Source: an uncultured Arcobacter sp.
GTDB lineage: Bacteria; Campylobacterota; Campylobacteria; Campylobacterales; Arcobacteraceae
Length of the DNA stretch: 64,000 bases
Direction of reading: 5' to 3'
Assembly: GCA_965140705.1 (NCBI GenBank)
Contig: OZ223300.1
Coordinates: forward strand, 320,001 to 384,000
The position numbers were made by a program, and so were the translations under genes. Below, piece by piece: positions 13,594 to 28,400 of this stretch (positions are counted from its first letter, which is position 1; every line of letters starts with the position of its first letter). The notes beneath the pieces were generated by a model, which was given only the letters and a program-made list of their open reading frames with translations, made no database searches and was not told the DNA's origin.

Positions 13594-15090
13594 ATGAAGA
13601 ATAGTTTGTTTAAGCCTATAGGTTGTGGTGAAACACTACCACAAAATAATGTTCATGCAGTAAGTGTAAGTATGCCAAAACTCCAAGATGTAATCGATTA
13701 TGAAGAGGGTTTTGGCGAAGGAATGGAGAAAATAAAGTCTGGTTATCCCAGGTTTACTATGCATCCATATTTAAGAATCCTTGCAAAATATATAAAAGAA
13801 AAATATAAAGTAAGTGATTCTTATGAAGTAGTATTACTAAGTTCTCAAAAAGCTGTAGATATTTTAAGTGATAAATATTATATCCATAACAAAATAGAGA
13901 TTGATGAACCCTTTGGGGTTATATTAGTACAAAATGGAACTTGTCAACTTCAAAGAGTATTGATGTTTATCCAACATGTAGGTTACAATTTATCTTCTAG
14001 ATTTGCAGAAGAATATCTATATAATATTGGATTGATAAACGTAAAACATAAAGAAGAGCTAGAAAAAGAAGAGTTTGCTTTTGAGTTAGTAGTTTCAACT
14101 TTAGGAAAAGCTTATAATCAACCAAAAGAAAATATTACCTTAGCTCCATCTGGTATGAATGCAATGTATGGTGTTGTAAAAGGCTTAAAAAATATTCAAA
14201 GAAAAAATGGAAGAGATATTTTAGTTCAACTTGGTTGGTTGTATTTAGATACTATGAATATAGTAAAACACTATTATGAACAATCAAAAGTTTTTTGTGA
14301 TGTGAAAAACTTAGATTTATTGGAAGAGTATTTAAAAGAAAATGGCTTTAAAGTAAGTGCGATAATCACAGAAGTTCCTACAAATCCTCTTTTATTATGT
14401 GTTGATATGAAAAGATTAAACTCTCTTTGCAAAAAATATAATATTCCTTTGGTTGTTGATTCCACATTGGCAACACCATACAATATAGATTTAAATGAAT
14501 ATGCAGATATATATGTGGAGTCTCTTACAAAGTTTGCTTCAGGTAATGCAGATGTTCTAATGGGTGCAATTATTTTAAATCAAAAATCAAAACTATCTCA
14601 TATGAATGTAGAGTTTTTTAAACATTGTGATAAAGCATATATAAAAGATGTTCAAAGAATGGCTTTTGAAATAAAAGATTATGAGAAAAGAGTTAAAAAA
14701 ATTAGTTTAAATACAAAAGCCTTAGTTGACTACTTTAAAAAATGTTCTTATATAGATAAGATATATTATTGTTTAAATGCTGAAAATGAATTTGAGTATA
14801 AACAAATAATGAAAGATGATAATTCATATACAGGTCTTATATCAATAACCTTTAATAAATCATTTGAAACTATATATGATAATTTAAATTTTGCAAAGGG
14901 ACCTAGTCTAGGAACAGAGTTTACACTTCTTATGCCTTATACATATCTTGCACACTATGATTATATAAAAAGTGAAGAAGGTGTAAAATATTTAGATGAG
15001 ATTGGATTACCAAAAGATATCCTTAGAATTTCTGTTGGAAGTGAAAATATAAATGACATAATAGAAGAATTTAAAAGATTAGAGGAATAA
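13594..15090 (+). CDS. Long-form cystathionine gamma-synthase-like PLP enzyme (Str2-like)
   Basis: HAVSVSMP..YEEG..GYPRF N-terminus, EVPTNP, SLTKF, KGPSLGT, RISVGSE. Confidence 0.8.
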   Translation: MKNSLFKPIGCGETLPQNNVHAVSVSMPKLQDVIDYEEGFGEGMEKIKSGYPRFTMHPYLRILAKYIKEKYKVSDSYEVVLLSSQKAVDILSDKYYIHNKIEIDEPFGVILVQNGTCQLQRVLMFIQHVGYNLSSRFAEEYLYNIGLINVKHKEELEKEEFAFELVVSTLGKAYNQPKENITLAPSGMNAMYGVVKGLKNIQRKNGRDILVQLGWLYLDTMNIVKHYYEQSKVFCDVKNLDLLEEYLKENGFKVSAIITEVPTNPLLLCVDMKRLNSLCKKYNIPLVVDSTLATPYNIDLNEYADIYVESLTKFASGNADVLMGAIILNQKSKLSHMNVEFFKHCDKAYIKDVQRMAFEIKDYEKRVKKISLNTKALVDYFKKCSYIDKIYYCLNAENEFEYKQIMKDDNSYTGLISITFNKSFETIYDNLNFAKGPSLGTEFTLLMPYTYLAHYDYIKSEEGVKYLDEIGLPKDILRISVGSENINDIIEEFKRLEE

Positions 15091-15092
15091 TT

Positions 15093-15440
15093 ATGGATAT
15101 GAATAGAATAAAAGAGTTGATTTTAAAATTCTCAAAAGAAAGAGATTGGGATAAATTTCACAATCCAAAAAATTTAGCAATGGCACTTAGTGTAGAAACG
15201 TCAGAATTAGTTGAGATATTTCAATGGTTAAATGAAGAACAAAGCTTAAAACTAGATAAGTCAAAAAAAGAGCATTTAGAAGAAGAAATTGCAGATATTG
15301 CAGTTTATTTACTAAGAATTTGTTATTCACACAATATAGATTTAGAAAAAGCAATTATTTCTAAAATGAAAAAGAATGAAATAAAATACCCTTTATATGA
15401 TAAAAATGGCGAAAAAATAGAGTATGGTAAAAAAAACTAA
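15093..15440 (+). CDS. MazG-like nucleotide pyrophosphohydrolase (dCTP pyrophosphatase type)
   Basis: ERDWDKFHNPKNLAMAL, EEEIADI, KYP motifs. Confidence 0.9.
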   Translation: MDMNRIKELILKFSKERDWDKFHNPKNLAMALSVETSELVEIFQWLNEEQSLKLDKSKKEHLEEEIADIAVYLLRICYSHNIDLEKAIISKMKKNEIKYPLYDKNGEKIEYGKKN

Positions 15441-15490
15441 TGCAAAAAAGAATTTTTTTCAAAATTTAAGCTACAATTAATATGTAGCTC

Positions 15491-15519
15491 TTGACAAAGG
15501 CAAAAAAACCTATTATAAT
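15491..15519 (+). promoter_or_regulatory. rRNA operon sigma70 promoter
   Basis: Perfect TTGACA-N17-TATAAT followed by a GC-rich discriminator. Confidence 0.9.
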
Positions 15520-15558
15520 TCCCGTCCAATTTGAGTGACAAACGTCGCGAAGAGTTGA

Positions 15559-15570
15559 TGTTCTTTAACA
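15559..15570 (+). promoter_or_regulatory. rrn antitermination boxA
   Basis: TGTTCTTTAACA in the rrn leader (E. coli consensus TGCTCTTTAACA). Confidence 0.75.
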
Positions 15571-15749
15571 AACTACGGTTTAAAGAAGTAAGTAACTTTT
15601 ATAAACCGAATATGATATAAAACAAGAGAATATAAAAATTCTCGTCTATTAAAAAAACAATGAGTAATGTCAGTAAACAATTGCAATTAATTTTCTTAGG
15701 GAAATTAGATAAAAGAGTTAGACACTAGTCAAGATTAAACAAAACATTT

Positions 15750-17264
<1,515 letters not shown>

Positions 17265-17371
17265 CAGAGTAATGAGAAGATATTCGTTTATCTTCTCAAG
17301 AAATAAACAATGGGTAAATATCCAATATCATATTCGGTTTGTAAAGGTTATTGAAATAATAGGTGAAGAAT

Positions 17372-17448
17372 GGGCCTATAGCTCAGCTGGCTAGAGCGCT
17401 CGACTGATAATCGTGAGGTCCCAGGTTCAAGTCCTGGTAGGCCCACCA
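17372..17448 (+). tRNA. tRNA-Ile(GAT)
   Basis: GGGCCTA...CTGATAA anticodon loop...GGTTCAAGTCC...CCA. Confidence 0.97.
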
Positions 17449-17470
17449 TGAGAAGAAGATAATCTTTGTT

Positions 17471-17546
17471 GGGGAATTAGCTCAGCTGGGAGAGCGCCTG
17501 CCTTGCACGCAGGAGGTCAGCGGTTCGATCCCGCTATTCTCCACCA
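17471..17546 (+). tRNA. tRNA-Ala(TGC)
   Basis: GGGGAAT...TTGCACG anticodon loop...GTTCGATCC...CCA. Confidence 0.97.
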
Positions 17547-17823
17547 ACATTAGCACCTAAACCAAGTAGAACAGAGATAAAAAACTAAATATAAGTCTTA
17601 AATATAAGATTTATATTTGGTTTTCGAATCAAAATGTTATTTAAAAATTTAATGTTAAAGTCTTTAAAATTTTTTCGAATTGGAATAATGAAAGTTATTT
17701 TAATTAAAATAGAAAACAATTTAAACACACAATTACTGTTTTATTAAATATTGTATTTAATAAGATAGTAGCCAAGGAATAATTATCAAAAAGGTAACTA
17801 AAGAGATTTAGTTATACAAATTA

Positions 17824-20730
<2,907 letters not shown>

Positions 20731-20908
20731 TTATATATTTCTTGGTTTACTATCTTATTAAGTACATACTTAATTTGTATGTGTGTAAAGACTTTAACAT
20801 TAACTTCTATCTCAAGATGATATGTTACCTTGGAAAAGTTGTAAACTTTTTTAAGAAACATAAGTTGAGTAAAGAGTGAATATTTACTATTCTTTCTTTA
20901 CTCAACTT

Positions 20909-21024
20909 TGTTGGTGATTATAGAGAAGTGGAAATACCCAGCTCCATTCCGAACCTGGAAGTCAAGCACTTCATCGCTGATAATACTGCAGGGTCCCCTT
21001 GTGGAAACGTAAGTCGTCGCCAAC
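20909..21024 (+). rRNA. rrf: 5S rRNA
   Basis: GTTGGTGAT...CCATTCCGAAC...TCGCCAAC with a terminal stem. Confidence 0.95.
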
Positions 21025-21037
21025 TCTTGAGTTTTTA

Positions 21038-21088
21038 AAGCTTAGCTCTTTATAGATTTTTATCTATCCTGTGCTAAGCTTTTTTTTT
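21038..21088 (+). terminator. rrn intrinsic terminator
   Basis: AAGCTTAGC...GCTAAGCTT stem followed by a long T run. Confidence 0.7.
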
Positions 21089-21277
21089 GCACTTTTTTTA
21101 TAGGATATATTTTATTTATTATTTATCTGTGTATAATTATTATCTATAGTATAATCTTTATTATTCTCTATTATTAGCTTATATGCCCTTTTTATTCTTT
21201 TAAATACATATACCTCTGGATTCTCTTTCTTTTCTTTATATAATGCATTTATATTTGTTTATGGTTCTATAATAGTA

Positions 21278-21306
21278 TTGATTTATTTTTATTCTTGTTA
21301 TACAAT
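21278..21306 (+). promoter_or_regulatory. sigma70 promoter TTGATT-N17-TACAAT for the small ORF at 21333
   Basis: Hexamers with a 17-nt spacer, ending 26 nt before the ATG. Confidence 0.55.
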
Positions 21307-21332
21307 TAGATTATTAATATAAAGGATATAAA

Positions 21333-21431
21333 ATGTATTTAGATAAAATTGGAATTTTAGTTGGAATAGGTTTGTTGATATTTATGTTCTTAAGTTTTGT
21401 AGTAAAGTATTTTATACGAAAAAAAGAGTAG
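21333..21431 (+). CDS. Unannotated 32-aa single-pass membrane peptide MYLDKIGILVGIGLLIFMFLSFVVKYFIRKKE
   Basis: AAAGGA SD, hydrophobic helix with a basic tail, own promoter, hairpin at the stop. Confidence 0.65.
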   Translation: MYLDKIGILVGIGLLIFMFLSFVVKYFIRKKE

Positions 21432-21442
21432 AAACTACTCTT
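21424..21442. terminator. Bidirectional hairpin between the small ORF and hisIE
   Basis: AAGAGTAG-aaa-CTACTCTT overlapping both stop codons, flanked by A/T runs. Confidence 0.6.
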
Positions 21443-22118
21443 CTTTTCTTGAATTCTTTTCGTCAATTCCTGACATACCAAATCTTCTAGCTAGTTCTTG
21501 TTTAATTCTATCAGGAGATATATTTTTACTTGCCAATGCAACCATTGTGTGGTAAACTAAATCTGCTGCTTCATAAATCATCTCTTCACTATTGTCATCT
21601 TTAACAGCAAAAGTAAATTCACCTGCTTCTTCGACGATTTTTTTAAGCATAGAGTTTTCTTTTCCATTTAATAGTTTAGATGTATAAGATTTTTTAGGAT
21701 CATCATTTTTTCTATCTTGAATAACATGAAATAAGTTATCTAAAACAGAGTATTTATCAGTTGTATTAATTTTTACTTCACTAATGATTTCATTTGTTTC
21801 TAAATTAGTAAAGAAGCATGACTTTCTACCTGTATGACAAGCTACACCTTCTTGTATAACTTTTATCAAGATAGTATCATTATCGCAATCAAGTAAGATT
21901 TCCACTATTTTTTGTGTATGTCCAGACTCTTCACCTTTTTTCCAAATTCTTTGTTTGCTTCTAGAAAAATAGTGAGCATATTTTGTTGAAAGAGTTAAAG
22001 ACAAAGCTTCTTTATTCATATAAGCTAGCATCAAAACTTCATTTGTTTTAGAATCTTGTGTTATAACTGGAATTAAACCATCCACTTTTTCCCATGCAAT
22101 GTTTTCTATATTATTCAT
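21435..22118 (-). CDS. hisIE: Phosphoribosyl-AMP cyclohydrolase / phosphoribosyl-ATP pyrophosphatase
   Basis: [39 protein letters not shown]. Confidence 0.97.
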   Translation of the reverse strand: MNNIENIAWEKVDGLIPVITQDSKTNEVLMLAYMNKEALSLTLSTKYAHYFSRSKQRIWKKGEESGHTQKIVEILLDCDNDTILIKVIQEGVACHTGRKSCFFTNLETNEIISEVKINTTDKYSVLDNLFHVIQDRKNDDPKKSYTSKLLNGKENSMLKKIVEEAGEFTFAVKDDNSEEMIYEAADLVYHTMVALASKNISPDRIKQELARRFGMSGIDEKNSRKEE

Positions 22119-22127
22119 ATTTTTACC

Positions 22128-22433
22128 TTAGAAATTTTTACCTAAATTAATTTTTACACCATCAATAGATCTTTCATCTGTATTTATATTAACTGTACCA
22201 TCTATTTTTATATCATCTTTGTTTTTTTTGGTCAAATTAACTTCTTTATCTATTGGTTTAGTCAATAAGTCCTCTTTTTTTTGATAATCTTTTTTAGTCT
22301 TTAGTTTGGGTTCTATTTTTGGGGTTAATAATTTGATATTATCCAAATTAGTGTTGTTTTTTTGCTCTTTAGCATTTAATAGAATTACAAAACTTAATAT
22401 AATAAAGATTATTTTTAAAAATTTAGTTAACAT
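22128..22433 (-). CDS. Hypothetical exported protein
   Basis: N-terminal signal-peptide-like hydrophobic stretch; 9 nt upstream of hisIE. Confidence 0.65.
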   Translation of the reverse strand: MLTKFLKIIFIILSFVILLNAKEQKNNTNLDNIKLLTPKIEPKLKTKKDYQKKEDLLTKPIDKEVNLTKKNKDDIKIDGTVNINTDERSIDGVKINLGKNF

Positions 22434-22447
22434 AGGTACTCAAATAC

Positions 22448-22470
22448 AAAGAGTAGAAAAACTACTCTTT
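22448..22470 (-). terminator. Hairpin after the SPFH gene
   Basis: AAAGAGTAG-aaaaa-CTACTCTTT inverted repeat. Confidence 0.55.
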
Positions 22471-22476
22471 ATAAAA

Positions 22477-23553
22477 TTATTTACTTATTGAAGAATTTTT
22501 AGCTCTATCTTTAGTATCTACCCAAATATTTGGAGTAGATCCACCAGGAGTTAAGAAGATTTTTGCATCTTTATTAACTTTTAAAGCATCGTTAAATTTG
22601 CCTTGAACTTGAATTTGTTGCATTTTAAGTAGATTTGGAGTTAAAGACTCAGCAATAACTTTATTTGCTGCTGCTTGTGCTTTCGCTTCAATTGTTACAG
22701 CATCTGCTCTACCTTTTGCTTCAATTCTATTTGCTTGAGCATCCCCAGTTGCTTTTGCAGCTCTTTTTTCAGCTTCTTGTTTAGTTCTTTGAACTTCGTA
22801 TTTTACTCTTTCAGATTCTTGATTTGCAATTTGAACTCTTTCAATTTGTTCTTTAATCTTAGGAGGAAGACCAATTTCTCTTAATTGAACTGATACAAGT
22901 GAAACAGGCTTACCATCAAGTTTATTAATATTTGCTCTGATACCATCTTCGATTTTAACAGCTATTTCATTTCTTTTTGTTGGTAATTCTTCAGCTGTAT
23001 ATGTTCCAACAACATTTCTAACTATGTCTCTTACCACTGGATTGATAATTTTTTCTTCCCATGAAAGTCCCCAGTTAGCAATTGTAGTTGGAGCTCCAGA
23101 AGCAGTAAGTCTATATTGAACAGTCAATTCAATAGATACAGGTAATCCTCTTGCATCAAGAATATTAATTGCAGGATTTAATTTAATACCTGAATCATAA
23201 CCGCCCATTTGTTCAACGCTACTATAGTTAATAAGTCTAACTTTTGTATCTATTACAATAACTTTTTGAATAATAGGAAGATAAAGATGAAACCCTGGAT
23301 TTAAAGGTATACTTTCATATTTACCAGCAGTTACTTTAATACCTACTTGTCCTGATTCAATAATTACGAAAGGTCTAAATACAAATAACATTATCACTAC
23401 AATTATAATTGCATAAATGAAACCTGCTTTTTTACCAAAGTTTTTAAAGAATTCAGGAGGCTCAAAAGGAGGTTGATATCCTCCCCCATTAGAGCCCCCA
23501 CCATTGTTTTTGTTTTGTTGTCTATTTTTAAAATAATCATTATCTATTGGCAT
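22477..23553 (-). CDS. SPFH/prohibitin (Band 7) family membrane protein
   Basis: Single TM segment, Band-7 domain, Ala/Glu-rich coiled coil. Confidence 0.9.
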   Translation of the reverse strand: MPIDNDYFKNRQQNKNNGGGSNGGGYQPPFEPPEFFKNFGKKAGFIYAIIIVVIMLFVFRPFVIIESGQVGIKVTAGKYESIPLNPGFHLYLPIIQKVIVIDTKVRLINYSSVEQMGGYDSGIKLNPAINILDARGLPVSIELTVQYRLTASGAPTTIANWGLSWEEKIINPVVRDIVRNVVGTYTAEELPTKRNEIAVKIEDGIRANINKLDGKPVSLVSVQLREIGLPPKIKEQIERVQIANQESERVKYEVQRTKQEAEKRAAKATGDAQANRIEAKGRADAVTIEAKAQAAANKVIAESLTPNLLKMQQIQVQGKFNDALKVNKDAKIFLTPGGSTPNIWVDTKDRAKNSSISK

Positions 23554-23596
23554 TAATATCCTTAAATATTTTTAAATTTTTCTGTTCCATTTTTGT

Positions 23597-23640
23597 GAAA
23601 CACAAAAGATAAAACTACTATGTTTTATCTTTTGTATTTC
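23597..23640 (-). terminator. Long hairpin between ilvE and the SPFH gene
   Basis: ACAAAAGATAAAAC-tactat-GTTTTATCTTTTGT perfect 14-bp stem, extendable outward. Confidence 0.6.
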
Positions 23641-23660
23641 AACTAAGTAGGAAATTCTAC

Positions 23661-24581
23661 TTAGTTAATATATGTTAAATATTTAACATATTTTTCGTTT
23701 TTACCTTGAACAATGTCAAAATATCCACTTTGAAGCTTTTCTGTTATAGGACCTCTCTCTCCTGCTCCTATAATTCTTGCATCAACTTCTCTAATTGGTG
23801 TTACTTCAACAGCCGTTCCAGTAAAGAATGCTTCATCTGCAATATATATCTCTTCTCTTGATATTCTTCTTCTTTCTACTTTATAACCCAAATCTTGTGC
23901 TAAGTCGATAACAGTCGCTTGTGTAATAGATTCTAAAGAATTATCATTTGGAGGAGTAATAATTACACCATCTCTTACAATAAAGAAACAAGCACCGCTA
24001 GCTTCTGCGATATAACCTTGGTCATCTCTTAAAAGTGCTTCATCATATCCAGCTTCAACTGCTTCATATTTTGCCATTTGAGAGTTTAGATAATTAGCAA
24101 CTGCTTTTGCTTTTCCCATACCTGAAGTATTTGGAGTTCTTGTCATTGATGTTATTTTAACTCTAACACCTTTTTTAAGACCTTCATCACCTAAATATGC
24201 ACCCCATTCCCAAGCAGAAATAGATACATTTACAGGAGCTTCTTTATGGTAAAGTCCCATAACTCCATACCCTAAATAAACCAAAGGTCTAATATATGCA
24301 CCTTCATTTAATTCATTTTTTTGTAATAATTCAACTTGTGCTTTGTTTAACGCATCTTCACTAAATGGCACATCCATTAATGTCATTTTTGAAGAGTTCA
24401 ATAATCTTTTTGTGTGTTCTTTTAATTTGAAAATAGCACATCTACCATCATGTGTTTTATAGGCTTTTGTACCTTCAATTGCACCATTTCCATAGTGTAA
24501 AGTGTGGCTTAATACATGAACTTTTGCATCATGCCAATCAACAAACTTACCATCCATCCAGATGTATTTTGCTTCTGTCAT
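23661..24581 (-). CDS. ilvE: Branched-chain amino acid aminotransferase
   Basis: LHYGNGAIEG, YIRP, AKAVANY, FFTGTAVEVTP. Confidence 0.97.
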   Translation of the reverse strand: MTEAKYIWMDGKFVDWHDAKVHVLSHTLHYGNGAIEGTKAYKTHDGRCAIFKLKEHTKRLLNSSKMTLMDVPFSEDALNKAQVELLQKNELNEGAYIRPLVYLGYGVMGLYHKEAPVNVSISAWEWGAYLGDEGLKKGVRVKITSMTRTPNTSGMGKAKAVANYLNSQMAKYEAVEAGYDEALLRDDQGYIAEASGACFFIVRDGVIITPPNDNSLESITQATVIDLAQDLGYKVERRRISREEIYIADEAFFTGTAVEVTPIREVDARIIGAGERGPITEKLQSGYFDIVQGKNEKYVKYLTYIN

Positions 24582-24732
24582 CTGATTTTTCCTATTATAA
24601 ATTTTGATAAATAGTCTATCTAAGTTTTGATTAAATAAAAGTGAATCTATTAGTATAAAAAATATCTATAATATATAATAAGTTTATTTATGATTAAATA
24701 CGGTTTAAAAAATATATATAAACGAGAAGATA

Positions 24733-25341
24733 ATGAATCAACAAGAGTTATGGAATAAAAAATTTTCAAGGGATGGGTATTTGTATGGAACTAATCCCAA
24801 TCAATTTATAAAAGACACTTCTGCTAATTTTAAAAAAGATCAAACAGTATTGTGTTTAGGTGAAGGAGAGGGTCGAAATGCTATCTTTTTAGCAAGAGGA
24901 GGTTTTGATGTTGAAGCAATTGATGCTTCAGATATTGGTTTAAATAAACTTTTTGAACAAAGTCAAATAGAAAATGTAGAGATAAAAACAAACTGCATGG
25001 ATATAAATGATTGGCAAGCTTCTAAAAAATATGGAACCATATTGTTCTCTTATTTACATTTAAAAATTGATGAGTTGAAAAACTTGATTAAAAAAATAGA
25101 GAGTGCATTGGAAGAGAATGGCTTTTTTGTATGTGAAGTTTTTTCAAAAAATCAAATAGAAAGAAATAGTGGTGGACCAAAAGATTTAGAGTTACTTTAT
25201 AGTATGGATGATTTTAAAGATAATATAAAAGAGTTAAAGATTCATAAATTAGAAGAAGTAATTACCAATTTAGAAGAAGGACCTGGTCATCAAGGTGAAG
25301 CTTGTGTGATAAGGTTGATAGCCCAAAAGATTAAATTTTAA
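24733..25341 (+). CDS. Class I SAM-dependent methyltransferase (TehB-like)
   Basis: YLYGTNPN, LCLGEGEGRNA, SGGP motifs. Confidence 0.85.
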   Translation: MNQQELWNKKFSRDGYLYGTNPNQFIKDTSANFKKDQTVLCLGEGEGRNAIFLARGGFDVEAIDASDIGLNKLFEQSQIENVEIKTNCMDINDWQASKKYGTILFSYLHLKIDELKNLIKKIESALEENGFFVCEVFSKNQIERNSGGPKDLELLYSMDDFKDNIKELKIHKLEEVITNLEEGPGHQGEACVIRLIAQKIKF

Positions 25342-25416
25342 CAGGTTTTTAACAAACTTTTTAGTAGAGTAAAAATTAAAATAAAAGACAAAAATTAATA
25401 AGAGATAGAATATATA

Positions 25417-28400
25417 ATGAAAAATAGAATAAATGAAATTATACAAAATAAAGTATTGATTATCGATGGAGCGATGGGAACTCAATTACAAAATGCAGAG
25501 ATAAAATCTGAAGCATGGAAGTATGAGAACCAAGATTTAGAAGGGTGTAATGAACTTCTGAATGAAACTGCTCCTGAAATTTTAGAAGGAATTCATGATG
25601 CTTATGCAAAAGCAGGGGCAAATTTAATTTCAACAAATACTTTTGGAACTATGCCTTGGGTACTTGATGAATATGGAATCTCTTCAAAAGCCTATGAATT
25701 ATCTAAACTTGGTGCCGAACTTGTAAAAAAATCTTGTAAAAAGTATGAAACAGAAGATGAGCCAAGATTTTGTTTAGGTTCAATTGGACCAGGAACTAAG
25801 CTCCCATCACTAGGACATATTAGATATGATGAGATGTATAAAGGGTATAAAGAAGTAGCAAATGGATTAGCTGATGGTGGATGTGATATATATTTACTTG
25901 AAACTTGTCAAGATCCACTTCAAATAAAAGCAGCACTTCATGCCCTAACTGATACACATCCAGAAATTCCAGTAATGGTATCTGTGACTATTGAGTTATC
26001 TGGAACTATGTTAATAGGAACAGATGCTATGACAATAGCAGCTATTATGAGCCCTTTTAATATCTTATCTTTAGGCTTTAACTGTGGTACTGGACCAAAA
26101 CAAGTTCATAAACATGTAAAAACATTAAGTGAAGTTTGTAAATTCCCTATTTCAGTTCATGCAAATGCAGGGCTTCCTCAAAATAAAGGTGGAGTTTCAT
26201 ATTATCCAATGGGTCCAGAGGAGTTTACTCAACTACAAAGTAGCTTTTTAGAAATAAATGGAGTCTCGTTTTTAGGTGGTTGTTGTGGAACAACTCCTGA
26301 ACACATAGAAGCTTTAGCAAATAAAGTAAGGGGAATCAAACCAAAAGCACCAAGTGGGTTTTTAAAAGCTTCTTTGGCATCACTATTTAATACAGTTCCC
26401 CTAAAACAAGATCCCGCACCTTTATTAATAGGGGAGAGAAGTAATGCAACTGGTTCAAAAGCTTTTAGGGATTTATTAAAAGATAATAATTATGAGGGAA
26501 CACTATCTGTTGGACAACAGCAAGTAAGAGCGGGAGCTCATATTATTGATGTAAGTGTTGGATTTGCAGGACGAGATGAAACAGGAGATATGGATAAGGT
26601 GGTTGAACTTTATTCTCAAAAAGTTTCACTTCCTTTGATGCCAGACTCTACACAAATAAAAGCTTTGGAAGCTGCTCTTAAACAAATAGGTGGAAGATGT
26701 ATTATAAATTCTGTAAACCTTGAAGATGGTGAAGAGAAGTTTGATGCTGTGTGTAAACTTGCTAAGAAATTTGGGGCAGCACTTGTTTGTTTGGTTATTG
26801 ATGAAGTTGGAATGGCTAAAACAAAAGAAGACAAAATCAGAATTGCTGAACGTATTTATGATTTATGTGTAAATAGACATGGATTTAATCCTGAAGATTT
26901 AGTTTTTGATATGCTTACCTTTACTATTGGTTCTGGAGATGATGAGTATAGAACAGCTGGTGTTGAGACTATGGAAGCAATTAGAGAGTTTCAAATACTT
27001 CACCCAGAAGTAGGAACTACCTTAGGGCTTTCAAATATCTCTTTTGGACTTGATACAAAAGCTAGAGTTTATTTAAACTCTATTTATCTAGATCATTGTG
27101 TAAAAGCAGGACTTACAAGTGCTATTGTAAATGTTAAACATATCTTACCACTAAATAAAATCACAGAAGAAGACAGAAAAGCTTGTAATGATTTGATTTT
27201 TAATAATCAAGAAGATGGTGACCCTTTATTTAAATTTATTGACCATTTCTCAAATGTTGATGCACAAGAAGATCAAAGTGATGAAGAGTACCAAAAATTA
27301 GAACCAATAGAGAAAGTTAAAAAACTTCTATTGGATGGGGATAAGGATAGACTTATACCATTAGTTGATGAGTTAAGACATAAGGTAAATCCAGAAATCA
27401 TAGTAAATGAGTGGTTAATTGATGGTATGAAAATCATAGGGGAACTTTTTGGTTCAGGTCAAATGCAGTTACCATTTGTACTTCAAAGTGCTGAGACTAT
27501 GAAAGCAACAGTTGATGCTTTAAATCCATATTTACCAAAAGAAGAAAAAGCTAGTGAAACAGTACTTGTAATTGGAACAGTTAAGGGTGATGTTCACGAT
27601 GTGGGTAAAAACTTAGTTGATATTATTTTAAGTAATAATGGATTTAAAGTTATAAATATAGGAATAAAAGCAGATATCAATGACTTCATAATAGCAGTTC
27701 AAGAACACAAAGCACAAGCTATTGGAATGAGTGGATTACTTGTAAAAAGTACTGCTGTAATGAAAGAAAATCTTGAAGAACTCAAAAGACAAGGTATAGA
27801 TATACCTGTACTTTTAGGTGGAGCAGCACTTACAAAATCTTTTGTAAATGAGTATTGTAGACCTTTATACGGTGGACCAATTTTTTATTGTAGAGATGCC
27901 TTTGATGGGGTTGTATCTATGCAAAGAATAGAATCTGGAGAATCTTCAAATACTCAATTAGCGGCTGATTTAATAGATGATGAACAAGTAGTTAAAAAAG
28001 AAAAAAAAGAGGTGATTCTCCCTCCTTATGAAGAGATAGAATTGCCTCCAAAAGCTGATTTTACTTTTCCACCACTTTGGGGAAGAGTTACTCAAAATAA
28101 AGCTCTGTTAAATAAAGATTTGATTTTTTCTTGGATAAATCATAGGGTTTTGTTTAGACAAAGATGGGGGTATAAAAAAGGTGCTATGAAAGCAGATGAA
28201 TTTTTAGCCCATGAAGAAAATGTAGTAAAACCCTTATATGAGAAATATAAAGAAGAGTTTTTTGAAAAAGATATTTTTGACCCAATAGCTATTTATGGAT
28301 ATTATCCTTGTATTTCACATGATAATAAGCTTTATATTTTTGATGAAGAGTATGCTTTTCATAGTTTAAAAGAAGCACAAAATGTACCACCTTTGGAAAA

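Noticed and set aside
21424..22470. Two near-identical hairpins AAGAGTAG-A(n)-CTACTCTT about 1 kb apart
   Set aside because: Too short and too few to call a repeat family; both are explained as terminator-like hairpins at gene ends
25342..25416. Possible cobalamin or SAM riboswitch before metH
   Set aside because: The gap is only 75 nt of AT-rich sequence with no riboswitch core motifs
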